Shown in pieces: positions 12,318 through 23,349 of a DNA stretch of 64,000 nucleotides. Where the stretch lies: IMG/VR virus record IMGVR_UViG_3300031578_000013, positions 12,162-76,161 of that record; one strand, 5' to 3'. Position 1 is the first letter of the stretch. Each line of letters starts with the position of its first letter. The stretch is from a virus. The notes beneath the pieces were generated by a model. It made no database searches, was not told where the DNA came from, and worked only from the letters and a program-made list of their open reading frames with translations. Position numbers and translations under genes: made by a program.

Positions 12318-13196
12318 GTGATTGATATTACCAAAATCAAATATCCACACCTTGAACGGATTTACAATCTGAAGCCAAACCCGGAGATCCTACTCGGACA
12401 GGAAATTTTTTGGACTGAAAAACGGGACGGCTCAAACATCGGGGCATACCTCACAGAAGATGGGGTACAGTTACGGAGTCGCAATCAGGACAAAGCATCA
12501 GAGGATTTCTATAAAGCGTTCAATGCTTCAGAACAAGCAGTGGGAATCCTTGAACTGTTACGGGATGCCTCTAATTGGGGTAACGAATACGTTATTTTTG
12601 GCGAAATGCTCACAATGGGCAAAAGTCCAACCCGGATAGAAACCCATGAGAAAAACGAGTTTATTGTATTCGACATCTGGGATTCAAAGCATCAGGGATT
12701 CATGAACTATAACGCAACGTTCCAGCATTGTCACCACTTCGGACTTCCGATAGTTGAACTCTATGGAACATCCAATGTATGCACCGTTGAGGCGCTGTAT
12801 GCCTTTAAGGATCAGATGCTCGAAAAGGCAAAGGAATGTGGGAGAGAGGGCGCTGTTGGGAAAGCGTGGGGAGAGACAGCGTTTAATCGTGGTGAGAATG
12901 CAGGATGCTCTCGTAATATCACCTACTTCAAAGAGAAGAACGATCTACCTGCGCTTGAGAAAGTGCCACGATCAGAACAACCTGGATATGTCATTCTCCC
13001 GGAACTTCCAGATTCTGAAATATATGGAGCCACAGAAAAGGTTCGCACCGATATTGGGGATGAGAAATTCCGTGATATCAGGATCGCCATGCCTTTGATC
13101 GCCCGTTACGTTGGTGAGGAATGTAAGAAACACAATTCAACTGGGCCAAAGAACTTGTATCAATACTATCAACAGCGTTTGAAGGATATTTCATGA
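12318..13196 (+). CDS. ATP-dependent RNA ligase-like nucleotidyltransferase (Rnl2-type)
   Basis: TEKRDGSN (motif I), SRN, IFGEM (III), FIVFDI (IIIa), REGAVGK (IV), YFKEK (V); no OB domain evident. Confidence 0.8.
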   Translation: MIDITKIKYPHLERIYNLKPNPEILLGQEIFWTEKRDGSNIGAYLTEDGVQLRSRNQDKASEDFYKAFNASEQAVGILELLRDASNWGNEYVIFGEMLTMGKSPTRIETHEKNEFIVFDIWDSKHQGFMNYNATFQHCHHFGLPIVELYGTSNVCTVEALYAFKDQMLEKAKECGREGAVGKAWGETAFNRGENAGCSRNITYFKEKNDLPALEKVPRSEQPGYVILPELPDSEIYGATEKVRTDIGDEKFRDIRIAMPLIARYVGEECKKHNSTGPKNLYQYYQQRLKDIS

Positions 13197-13533
13197 CAGA
13201 ACCATTAACTGTTAAGGATTTGAATTGTGGGAATTGCATCGTGCCGCACAAAGTTGTAAATGGATTAAGCAGGCATCCTAAATTTTATTGCAATGATGTG
13301 GAGTTACCCATTTCAACATATCAAGTGGTATGTGAACGCGGTTGCTGTACAAACCCCCTCGCCCTGCAAGTATTGGCACAGGGTGTTGTGAAAGAACTGG
13401 AACAGAAAGCAACACACTACCACAATGAGAGTGAAGGATATGCAGAATCATTAAACAAGCCCCTTGAAGAAAGGTTGTGGGGGGAATGGCTGGGAATAAC
13501 AGAAGCAATCAAACTCCTGCAAGGTGATACCAA

Positions 13534-14190
13534 ATGAGTTACACCGGCGTAAACAAAAAGTGGTTGGAAGATCACGACAAAGCCATCCGCAATGCCGCAC
13601 TGGATAAAGCGATAGAAGAAATCACATCTCAATTGAACGACATGGATCGGAATTGGAAAGGCATGAATAAGTCCATTGGGATTATTAAATCGTTGCGGAG
13701 TGGGGTTATGGCTGAAGAGCACCAATTGAAATATATCATTACAGAAGAACTTATGAATGATATTAAATTTTGTTTATGTGTTGGTTGTGATGGTACATTA
13801 CCCAACGAACGTGAATTGCTCAACGCTATTGTTAAGTACGCACAACCACTCTCCAACGAACTCAGAAAAGAGCGAGTAAAAGTAATGGATACATTTGGAA
13901 TCCTACACGGTGAAGATGCAATTCGTTTTAATAAGTATCTCAACTCCCATGAACCTTTGAACCAGCGAGCGCAGGAGATTGTCAGGCAAGCAAGGGATTT
14001 GGTTGCTGAAGATAAGAACCGTGAAACCACACACATATTGAACGATGCATTCTTTTCGATGGATATCTTCTTTGGGGATATTCCTATGGACGAACACATT
14101 ATAAAGTGGGCTGTATCAAAACAGGATTCGTTTGTTACAGCAGCAATGGCGTGTTATTTAGAATCAAGGAAACTTCGAGGTACATTATGA
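13534..14190 (+). CDS. Hypothetical modular protein
   Basis: 218-aa ORF; shares short modules with 16716 and 17117. Confidence 0.65.
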   Translation: MSYTGVNKKWLEDHDKAIRNAALDKAIEEITSQLNDMDRNWKGMNKSIGIIKSLRSGVMAEEHQLKYIITEELMNDIKFCLCVGCDGTLPNERELLNAIVKYAQPLSNELRKERVKVMDTFGILHGEDAIRFNKYLNSHEPLNQRAQEIVRQARDLVAEDKNRETTHILNDAFFSMDIFFGDIPMDEHIIKWAVSKQDSFVTAAMACYLESRKLRGTL

Positions 14191-15516
14191 TCCCCTGCTC
14201 CACATGCAGCATCAAAGACACCTGCAAGCGCAAACTCTCCCACCCCAATGTCTGCACCCACAAACCCGTCTTACTCCCAAGAAGCATTGTCAGACCTCCA
14301 GTGTGGCATAGACCCAACAATGTTATCGAAGGCCCGAACTACATTACAAGAATGATGCGACAAGAGAGAGTATTACGAGCGGGTATTACGGAGGGGAGCA
14401 GGGATGAATACTAACGAAACGCCCCCCATCTGTAAAATCTGTGGTAAGCCGATCCACAAACACATCATTCAAGAAGGTGCACGATTTCATGTTACATCAT
14501 ACAAGCTCGTCGTTCGGGATAGTGCTGAACACGCTATTGTAAGATGTAGTGATCCGTTATGCGAACACAATCATGGTGATGGGGTTGGGGGGTGTGGTGA
14601 TGATTAACCTTGACGACATCACATCTCCAGATTATTTCCAGATGCGAGAATGTAAAAAAGAAAGATATCGCAACAATATGCTTTCACAATGTCAATTTGT
14701 TTGTCATCACAATGAAGAGTGTCTCAAGCGTGTAGGAATTGATGCAGAGATTTGGAAAGAAGAATATATGTTTAAGGTGTTTAATGGATGAGTATTAACA
14801 TGCTATCACGAAGCCAAAACCAGAACCCATTGTGTTGCAGGAAAATATTCCGAAACTGTGATGGTTGCTTAACATGCAACTCGGAAAATTATGAGTATGT
14901 ACGAACAAAATGTATTGATGGATATGGACATTGCAAATGCCGTGTGAATAGATGGACAGGAAAAACGGATATTGATGGCATTCCCAAGGGTGATGAGTAA
15001 TGCCAGCACTCCCAAGAGCACAGAAAGCACGAGAGTATCTGGATCAACTTATCCCAACTCGCACGAGCGGTTCGGTGCTATTAACGGAAAACATCGCCTC
15101 GTCGCTTAGTACTAGATTTCGCTCGGTGCATAGCAAAACCGTTGGACTTGCTATGCGAGAGAGAGACGATGTGGAATTGATAAGCAATGGAAGATGGAGG
15201 GTGAAGTAACTCTTTACCCCACATGTTTTTAAATCCACAAAACAATTACTATCCATACCCTCAATGATACACCTTCGCAGTTTCATCTCCTTCTGCGAAG
15301 ATGTGGAGAACGAAGCATGTAAGACATGCCCAGCACTGGAGTGTGCACCAAGAACAACAAGAGCGCCTGTCAAACCAGCAACCACAATTCAGAGTGGGCA
15401 TCTCTATCCCATAGTAAGTCTCTTCATGATGCACCGGGAATCTCCTTACCAGCATTTGGGATTCCTGGTGCTGACTCTTTTTTAGGACTCTTTTTAGAGG
15501 GTGGGTTTGGATAGGG

Positions 15517-15555
15517 GATACCCTTAAATAAGGGGAACCCCTATGTATATGTATG
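15517..15555 (+). promoter_or_regulatory. Archaeal promoter, leaderless start
   Basis: CTTAAATA at 15523, ATG at 15553. Confidence 0.55.
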
Positions 15556-16095
15556 ACAACAAAGCGATATAAAGTTCATTTCAGTGAACAGGATGTTTTT
15601 GTGGATGCAACCGAAGAAGCAGAAGCGATGTTCCTTGCGCAGTCAGATGTTGAATGCAATTCAATAGATGAGTGTGACACATAATGACAGGAAAACCACA
15701 AATTGTTGTAATGCCTTCTACGGATAATGCAATTACCGTAAATGGAATGTCTGAAGGAAATGAATGATTACTACCCACACTTGGGATAAGGACATTTAGC
15801 CACTCCTTCGAGATTGTAGTTGTTGATCTCGCAGGGGATTTGGTTCATACAATTGTTGTAAGACAGAATGGAGAAGTTGAGGTGGATAAGTAATGACAGA
15901 AAACGACAAAATATTTTGGGTTGGGGTTATGGATCATAAACACGCAATCGGATATCTCGCCTTTGAGATTATCCCCAACAAATTCTTAATTTATTATGGT
16001 GGGCACAAATTCTCACCTGGGCACGGAGAACATTTTATTCGAGTATCAGAGAATTGCTACGACAAAATTGTAGATAAATCAAAGAGGGTTGTATA

Positions 16096-16272
16096 ATGCC
16101 CTCCGCTAAATACTCAATCTCCAAACCCTCTGCTATCATCGCCCTGAAGTATGGCAAGAATGTCAGCCGGGGGATACTGGAAATGCAGAAGAAGATTGTG
16201 GAGCAGGAGGAAGAAATCTCAACAATGGGTGCATGGATTGCTGGCTTTCTCCAAAAGATTTGCGAAAAATAA
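16096..16272 (+). CDS. Small RHH-like protein, paralogue of 53822-53986 (absent from ORF track)
   Basis: 58 aa, MPSAKYSISKPSAIIALKYGKNVSRGILEM... Confidence 0.55.
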   Translation: MPSAKYSISKPSAIIALKYGKNVSRGILEMQKKIVEQEEEISTMGAWIAGFLQKICEK

Positions 16273-16715
16273 TAAAGGAGTGTGTGAAATGAACGAACTT
16301 GAATATTTAATGCATGTGGCTGATATGTTTAATTCTCAAATTATCATTCATGTAAGGAATTTTTTTGATGATCCGAATGCGATATTTTACGCACAAATTG
16401 AACACGTTGAGGTATCAGACACCCCCGGCTTCCTTACAAGTAAATGTGGTAATGGGGCAACCGCAGATGTCGCACTTCATGATTACCACGATTGGATACG
16501 AGGCAAAGTCCTTGTCAAACATGCTGGATGTTCTAATGAGATTCGGCGGAGGGTATAGGAATGTGTGGAATGACTGACAAACCCTACATATCAGAAGAGA
16601 ATATTATCGATCTCCGTGGTATTGCAGCGAGTATGCATAGGATAGGTGTAATTAAAAATAACACCATTGATGATTGTATATCCGAATTGATTACGTATTG
16701 GATGCGTGATGATGT

Positions 16716-17120
16716 ATGACTGATATCCCGCATCGCATGATCATAATGTCCGAAGATGATTTTGATATGATTGTCAAAAATACCTTTGGTAATACATTTA
16801 TACAGGAGTTAATCGAGCGTGTCCGTTCTAGCCACCGCACCACCCCCGCACCATCCCCAAGCACCCCCAACAAGATGAACTTCAATGGTGGGAAATGCAC
16901 CTGTGATGAATTTTTTAATTGCCATGATTGTAGAGACTTGCTTCGGTGTAATAAAGAGCATGATGCCGAGGTGAGGGAGAAAGTGCTGGGTGATCTGATT
17001 ATACATTTCAAAGGATTTGAAAATCAAAGAACATTCCAATATAGTGCGGCAGACATAATCCAGTATTTGGAAGTATTCCAGAGAATGGAATCCCTCCGCA
17101 CCAACAAGGAGGAGCAATGA
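16716..17120 (+). CDS. Hypothetical Cys-rich modular protein
   Basis: RTTPAP linker, CxxC, HDAEVREKVL, ESLR. Confidence 0.65.
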   Translation: MTDIPHRMIIMSEDDFDMIVKNTFGNTFIQELIERVRSSHRTTPAPSPSTPNKMNFNGGKCTCDEFFNCHDCRDLLRCNKEHDAEVREKVLGDLIIHFKGFENQRTFQYSAADIIQYLEVFQRMESLRTNKEEQ

Positions 17121-17785
17121 CCGATAACCCACAACACCCAGATCCCTGCCAGATCTGTCGATACAGGACTCAAGCATGTGCTTACATAATGGATGGTAAT
17201 AAGAAAGAAGATGCCTGTTTAGATAAGATGCGATGGTTGAGAAGAACCACACCGGCACCCCAACCACCACAGTTCACCATCGATGCCGTATTGCGAGCAG
17301 AGGTGATAGAGACCCTCCGTAAGGCAGGATGTCCATGTCTGGCGGAACAAGTGCGAGATGAGACCACGCCAAATTATCATTGGTGTTCGGGGGTAAGTAA
17401 TACCCCGAAGCAGGCAGAAACCATGACCGATCAGCAGAAATACCTCATCGATGATGCAATGCTTCTCCAGTGGAGAGCGGGGTGCATTCGAGCAGCCCCA
17501 ATCAATCCCGATTGTGACGGCTGTGAATTTGACAACGAAACACGTGGTGGTTGTGATTTCGACGATGACGAAATGCAGAAAATATTCCAGTCCCGCCCAT
17601 ACAACGGTGTCACACTCTATACTGCGGGCATGGTGGCCCATCGGGTTGCACACGCAAAAAAGGAGGTGCTGAATGAAGTAATCAAAATTGTAATGGCATA
17701 TGAACGGAAGCCCAAATATGATTATGAAGCAACACTTTGTAGTGTGATTGTGGAGAGTTTAGAATCCCTACGGGGTGCACCATGA
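17117..17785 (+). CDS. Hypothetical Cys-rich modular protein
   Basis: CxxC motifs, RTTPAP, KYLID, KKEVL, ESLR. Confidence 0.65.
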   Translation: MTDNPQHPDPCQICRYRTQACAYIMDGNKKEDACLDKMRWLRRTTPAPQPPQFTIDAVLRAEVIETLRKAGCPCLAEQVRDETTPNYHWCSGVSNTPKQAETMTDQQKYLIDDAMLLQWRAGCIRAAPINPDCDGCEFDNETRGGCDFDDDEMQKIFQSRPYNGVTLYTAGMVAHRVAHAKKEVLNEVIKIVMAYERKPKYDYEATLCSVIVESLESLRGAP

Positions 17786-17853
17786 GCGAAGCCCTCTCAA
17801 CCCTTTTTGAAGGGCATGAAATCAGAGTATTGGAACAGGACAATGATCTATGA
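17782..17853 (+). pseudogene. Bro-N domain N-terminal remnant
   Basis: MSEALSTLFEGHEIRVLEQDNDL* stops where the conserved WF would be. Confidence 0.45.
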
Positions 17854-18375
17854 AGATGAGAAGGGTGAATATTTTGTTGAGAGAGGAAGTAAAAGATGAC
17901 AATGCCAGAATATGATGAAGAGTGTGATTGTGATCTCTGCAAGCAGTTGCGAGAACGCGGGATACCAACCAAACTGAAAGCGAAAGGATATGCAAGTGTA
18001 AGAAGTCAGATATCAACAAAGGATCAAATGGGTGCTCTTTTTAAGAAAATTGAGAATCTGATTTATGCGGCAGAGGTGGCGTGTCATTCGATTAGTGACA
18101 ATGAATATCATTGTGCACTTGGGAGAGAATGTCCGTTCAAAAATATTGGGAATCTATATTTCAGTTGCAGGGTAAATAGTATGCGATCTGTAATGGGCGA
18201 ACGCCCGGAGCAGCACGACATCCCGCACGTGGAGTTGAAGGAATGACAGACAAAGAACGATTTGGGATGATGGGTTGTCTTATTATGACAGACGAAACGG
18301 ATTATAATATCACATGGTATTGTGGGTGGACGGAATGACACACGAACGCAAAGATAGTAACACCGCTGGTGTAAA

Positions 18376-19434
18376 ATGAAAATCCTAATCGTTGATGCAG
18401 ACAGCACAATTCCAAATCGTGCTTGCTGTCAATTGAATGCCTACTGGAAAACAAAGGAGTGTGACATAACATTCCTTCGATTGGGAATATCGGTATATGG
18501 AAAATCAAAACACCACACCATCGATTGTAATGGATATGTTCGATCATTCATTAGTTCCATATTTGATACAACTCCACAACACATCGAAATACTAACAGGA
18601 GATTGTATTGTTGATTGCGGCGGTACTGGTTACGACATTAAAAAGAAACTCCCTCCAGAAATTGCAGCGTGTAAACCAGACTATTCAATCTATCCAGACA
18701 ACGACACAACATATGATTTCATATCGAGGGGGTGCTTCCGTAATTGTGATTTCTGTATAGTCCCACAGAAAGAAGGTGGTATGCACCAAGAGGTTCAGAG
18801 TGTAACCGAATTAATACAACACAAGAAAATCAAATTCCTTGACAACAACTTCCTTGGACTTATCAATCATAAGATGTTTCTCAAAGAACTCGTAGCATTA
18901 CAGATCCCATGCCAGTTTAATCAGGGTTTGGATATCAGACTTATAGATGATGAAACCGCCAGACTATTACAGCAACTCAATTACATTGGGGAATACATCT
19001 TTGCCTTTGATCATATCGAAGATAAAAAAATCATAGAAGAAAAACTAGCAATTGTAAAAAAGTATATCACAACACCGTGGAAGATAAAATTCTTTATTTA
19101 TTGCCACCCAAAGATGGATATCGAATCGGATGTCCTCGCTCGGATAGAATGGTGTAAAGAAAATAAAGTTCTCCCATACTTCATGCGGGATTTGTCATGT
19201 TGGCAATCCGAGAATGCCAGAACCTACAATGACTTTTCCGCGTGGTGTAACCAACCCGGAATATTCAAGCACCACTCGTATAGAGAGTTTTGTTTGAAAC
19301 GTCGTCCACAACCGAATAGGGTGGATGTATTCCCAGAATGGTTAAATGGGCAAATCACCCCGCATCCAACTCAACCTATATTAACTATTAGTAACATATT
19401 ACTTGTTAGAAACAAAGTGGTGATTTTGAAATGA
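18376..19434 (+). CDS. Radical SAM protein (phage type)
   Basis: SRGCFRNCDFC (CxxxCxxC), GGTG, FLDNNF, FNQGLDIRL. Confidence 0.85.
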   Translation: MKILIVDADSTIPNRACCQLNAYWKTKECDITFLRLGISVYGKSKHHTIDCNGYVRSFISSIFDTTPQHIEILTGDCIVDCGGTGYDIKKKLPPEIAACKPDYSIYPDNDTTYDFISRGCFRNCDFCIVPQKEGGMHQEVQSVTELIQHKKIKFLDNNFLGLINHKMFLKELVALQIPCQFNQGLDIRLIDDETARLLQQLNYIGEYIFAFDHIEDKKIIEEKLAIVKKYITTPWKIKFFIYCHPKMDIESDVLARIEWCKENKVLPYFMRDLSCWQSENARTYNDFSAWCNQPGIFKHHSYREFCLKRRPQPNRVDVFPEWLNGQITPHPTQPILTISNILLVRNKVVILK

Positions 19435-19779
19435 GATTTGAAGAGTACTTAGATAATTCAAAATTGGGAACTATCCTGCGTGTGGAAAATGATCGCGGGG
19501 AATGCATCAATCTGTGCGAAGCAGATATCCGGGAGTTATCAGAATGGCTTGTAGAACATCGCAGCGAAATGATTGTTGATGTAAGGATAAAGCAGCGCGA
19601 GAGGGTGAATACTATGAGGGAAAGGTTGGATGGGGTGGGTGCATGACTTGCGACTGTGATGCGACTCCCTTTACCCTCATCGGCCTTACATTCTGTATCC
19701 TTGCTGTCTTAACCGGCATAGTTGTTATCAAGTTTATATCCGTGTTCGATACTTACCGGCGGGATAGGGATGAGCAATC

Positions 19780-20361
19780 ATGACTTATGAGCAAGGCAAA
19801 CTCCTCGCGTGCTGGCGCAAGAAGTCTATCGATGTCACTGCGAAGTTGGTTCTCTATGCGGCGTGTGTGATAGATACTCTCGCTGTGGGAATTATAACAT
19901 TTCTTGCGTCAGTATGGACATATGAGAATTTTTATTCGCCCACAGTTAGTTTGTTCACTGGCATTGTATCGCTTGTCTCACTCATCATCGCATTCGTGCC
20001 GTGGTATGTCTGGCTTGGCGTTGGGGTTATAGTGGCGATACTTGTTTATTCGTATGCGTGGTGTGTAGCGAGGGAGTTTACGGATGAGGATTGGGCGTGT
20101 GAAAATACTTTTGTAAGCGTTAGTGTAATAGGTATATCCGGTGGAATTGTATCAATCGTGCTTGCATATGCAACTTCGGTGTTTATAATTATTTATCTTG
20201 GGGGTCAGGCAGATGGGTTGCTTGTTGGAACAATTGGCCTGTGGTTTATTTATGTTTTCATATTATTAGGTATCGGTATGTCTCTTGTGGGATGCAAATG
20301 GATTTGGGTTTCAGATGTGTATCTCCACTACCGCAAAAGAATCAAGGGTGAGAAGAAATGA
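19780..20361 (+). CDS. Multi-pass membrane protein
   Basis: About 4 hydrophobic segments. Confidence 0.7.
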   Translation: MTYEQGKLLACWRKKSIDVTAKLVLYAACVIDTLAVGIITFLASVWTYENFYSPTVSLFTGIVSLVSLIIAFVPWYVWLGVGVIVAILVYSYAWCVAREFTDEDWACENTFVSVSVIGISGGIVSIVLAYATSVFIIIYLGGQADGLLVGTIGLWFIYVFILLGIGMSLVGCKWIWVSDVYLHYRKRIKGEKK

Positions 20362-20809
20362 CTCCATCATGGCAAGTAGATCCAACAACCATCTTCTTCG
20401 AGGAACTCCAGCGCAGGATGAAGTCCGGCGAAGTAGTGCAATGCAATGAATGCAAGTCCTACATGGTGTGGGAGAAAATACCCAGTGATGATATCATCAC
20501 ACAAGGAAATGGTGTGCTATCCTTCTGGGGTGCACCCTGCGAGGAAATCATAGTAGTGGGGTTTGTATGCCCTGCTTGTACAGCATCGAATGAATTGTAA
20601 AGAGGCATTGAAATGACAGCATCAGAATTACTTGAATCACAAATGAGAGAAATGCGAGAGGATATGGCATCACTCAACCGAGCACTCGGAGCATTGCATA
20701 TCCACTTGCATAGAATTGATGAACTGACAAAGGATTACGTTGGCAGAGAAGCCATAACGGAAGAACTTCAGAAAGCACAGAATATCATCAGTAGAAGAGA
20801 AGGGGTGCG

Positions 20810-21298
20810 ATGATGGAACCACAAGCAGAAGCACAAAGCCTAAAATCCGAACCACTCCCGGTATCAGAGAAAGAGAAAACCATTCCCACCCAAATCCACA
20901 CGCTTGACATTCACATCTCACTCCTAAAGGAAAACCTCGCCCATCTGCAAGCCCAGATTGCTGACTCGGAGACAGACAGGAAAATCCTCATCTCCAAAGC
21001 AAAGGAGTATCACATAACCACAGACTCAAACTACAAAATCATCGAAATCCCTCTCTATCCAAAGAAGCATGTCGATGTCGAGCTATTGAGAACAAAGTAT
21101 GAAGATAAATACACGCTTATCATTGCGAACAAAAGAGCACAACTCCGGGACAAGATAGAGAGTGAGACGCAGAAGTTGCTTGATGTGATTACACAGGCTG
21201 ATTTGAAGGCAGTTGTTAAGGATAAGGCGGCGTTGGCGATGTTGATACCAGAGCCGAAGGAGCCGAATGGATTTGAAGTGAATGTGGTGCGGCGATGA
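20810..21298 (+). CDS. Hypothetical coiled-coil protein
   Basis: 162-aa ORF overlapping both neighbours. Confidence 0.7.
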   Translation: MMEPQAEAQSLKSEPLPVSEKEKTIPTQIHTLDIHISLLKENLAHLQAQIADSETDRKILISKAKEYHITTDSNYKIIEIPLYPKKHVDVELLRTKYEDKYTLIIANKRAQLRDKIESETQKLLDVITQADLKAVVKDKAALAMLIPEPKEPNGFEVNVVRR

Positions 21299-22083
21299 AT
21301 AATTCACTGTTTGTATTCGAGCAAGGACACGTCAGTATAACATTCGTGAATGGTTATAGAATATCAATGACAAATTATTCGTGTGCACATTGTGATTATA
21401 ATTCATTACGATCAGATATTCATCGTTCGGTTTCATTTAATGTGGAGGTGATGATATTTGATCCATCTATGAATGATATCACAAAGGTATTTTTCAAGGA
21501 TGCATCACCAGACGCGGGGCATATAGATTCTGCTGGTATTGCTATAATTATTAATAAATTACGATACTACAAAGACTCGTTTACAAAAGAGGATTTAGAA
21601 TGACTGGCATATTCCCACAATGTTTTGCGTGTTACTGGTGCAGGGATAGCGATGATAACAACCCATCTCCTAAAAAAACATACGCTCTGGATAAGGGAGA
21701 ACTCACTTGTAAGTGTTCTGGTTGGATTGATCCAATGCCTATACGGTATATGGATTATTTATTTATGAAATCGGTTGGGTGTCATACATTTGCGTTGAGA
21801 ACGGATGGTATTGATTTAAAGGCGGTGTGAGTAAATGCTATCTATCACCATACAGCACCCCGATACACCATTCCTTCAATATTGCCCCTCGTGCAAGCGC
21901 AAGCACTACATGCTTCACCAGTCTTGTCCAACATGCAGTGTCTACGAAACCCCACAGCCGGTGTCGGATAAAGTCTATGATGCTTGTGGTGCGGATTATT
22001 CATGCGATGGATGCGAGGCATATAAGGAGCATCTGGCATGACTTTGGAGAATGGTAAGACGGTTTATACAAGAGAGGTTTGAA

Positions 22084-22563
22084 ATGAAAGAAAACTGTTT
22101 CAAAGAAACACTAAAGCGAGACTTCAAAAACATTGGAACTTGCGCACTTTTAATATGTGCAATTGGTATAGCAGGAGTTGTTGGATGGTTGGGTACAGTT
22201 GCCGTAAATGCATGTATCATTCCAATAGTCATTCCAATAGTATTACCACACATTACAGGATACAATTGTTATATCGTTGCTTCGTGTGCTGCGATTTTAA
22301 TCGGGGTGTTTATCTCGTTGACCACGAATGATTCAGATGATTGTAAATCATTATCTGATGCCGATGCAACGATTTATTTGCTTGGTACGGAATTATTACT
22401 TGCTGGTGTATACACTTACACGGTGATATGGGCAAATCTTGCGGGGGTTGTTGTCTATCTTCCACCACTTATGGTAGCACCAACAATTGAATGGATTGCA
22501 TTCTCACTCGCAGCACTCGTAATTATTACGGTTGTTACAGCATATGCACGATGCAGGGACTAA
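22084..22563 (+). CDS. Multi-pass membrane protein
   Basis: About 4 hydrophobic segments, GAGGT SD. Confidence 0.7.
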   Translation: MKENCFKETLKRDFKNIGTCALLICAIGIAGVVGWLGTVAVNACIIPIVIPIVLPHITGYNCYIVASCAAILIGVFISLTTNDSDDCKSLSDADATIYLLGTELLLAGVYTYTVIWANLAGVVVYLPPLMVAPTIEWIAFSLAALVIITVVTAYARCRD

Positions 22564-22999
22564 CAATGCCCCCAATGAACGGTAAGAAAAGCAAGGGTGG
22601 GGTCTCCCAGAAAACCTCCACTCACAGGTTGGTTCTCGTAAGACAAGGAAAGGCGAGTTGGCTTCCGATAAGATTGATGAGCGTTGAGGATGCTTGCAGG
22701 AAGGCGGGGTTGGAATGGGTAAACTAAAGTTTGAGAGATGCACTCGCTTTGACACGCTATGCCGCTTTTGTTCCAAAGAAATGGTTGTGATACCATATTC
22801 ACCTTTAATCACAGATCCTAGAAGCAAACGGCTAATAGCGGGCGCTGTTGAGTATCGTGGCGAGTCTTTGGGCGAATGGTGTAATAATTTATCGCAATGG
22901 TGTAACACTGTTAACAAGTGTCCCGCCAGGGAAGGGCTTGCCGCTTACGGGTGTGGGATCAAGGCTGATGGGTGTGGGGTGTATGCGGTGATTAAATAA

Positions 23000-23349
23000 T
23001 GGGTAATAATAACATATTACAGAAAATTTTGGAGCAGTTAAGTATTTTTAATTTATATAATAGAATGTTAAAGTAATGGTATGATTTATACCTACTTCGC
23101 AGAATAATTTTTAAATTCGTTTATTTGTCTTGAATACGAATTAATATCCACAGTGGTGTTGGAATCGACTTTTTTTACTAGTCCCACTAATCTCTTTAAT
23201 CTCCTAAAGAACTCTTAACTCTTTTAACGCGAATAAGATGTAGTATATAAAGACTTAAAAGAGATTAAAGAGATTATAGAGATATTAGAGATATAAGTGA
23301 TATAAGAGACTACTAATTATTATAACGCCGATATCAGGCGTATAAAAAA
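23000..23349. repeat. AT-rich candidate replication origin with inverted and 9-bp periodic repeats
   Basis: Perfect 16-bp IR TAATCTCTTTAATCTC 23188-23203 / GAGATTAAAGAGATTA 23261-23276; AGAGATWW-type units continue to about 23310; lies 3' of the primase gene. Confidence 0.55.
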
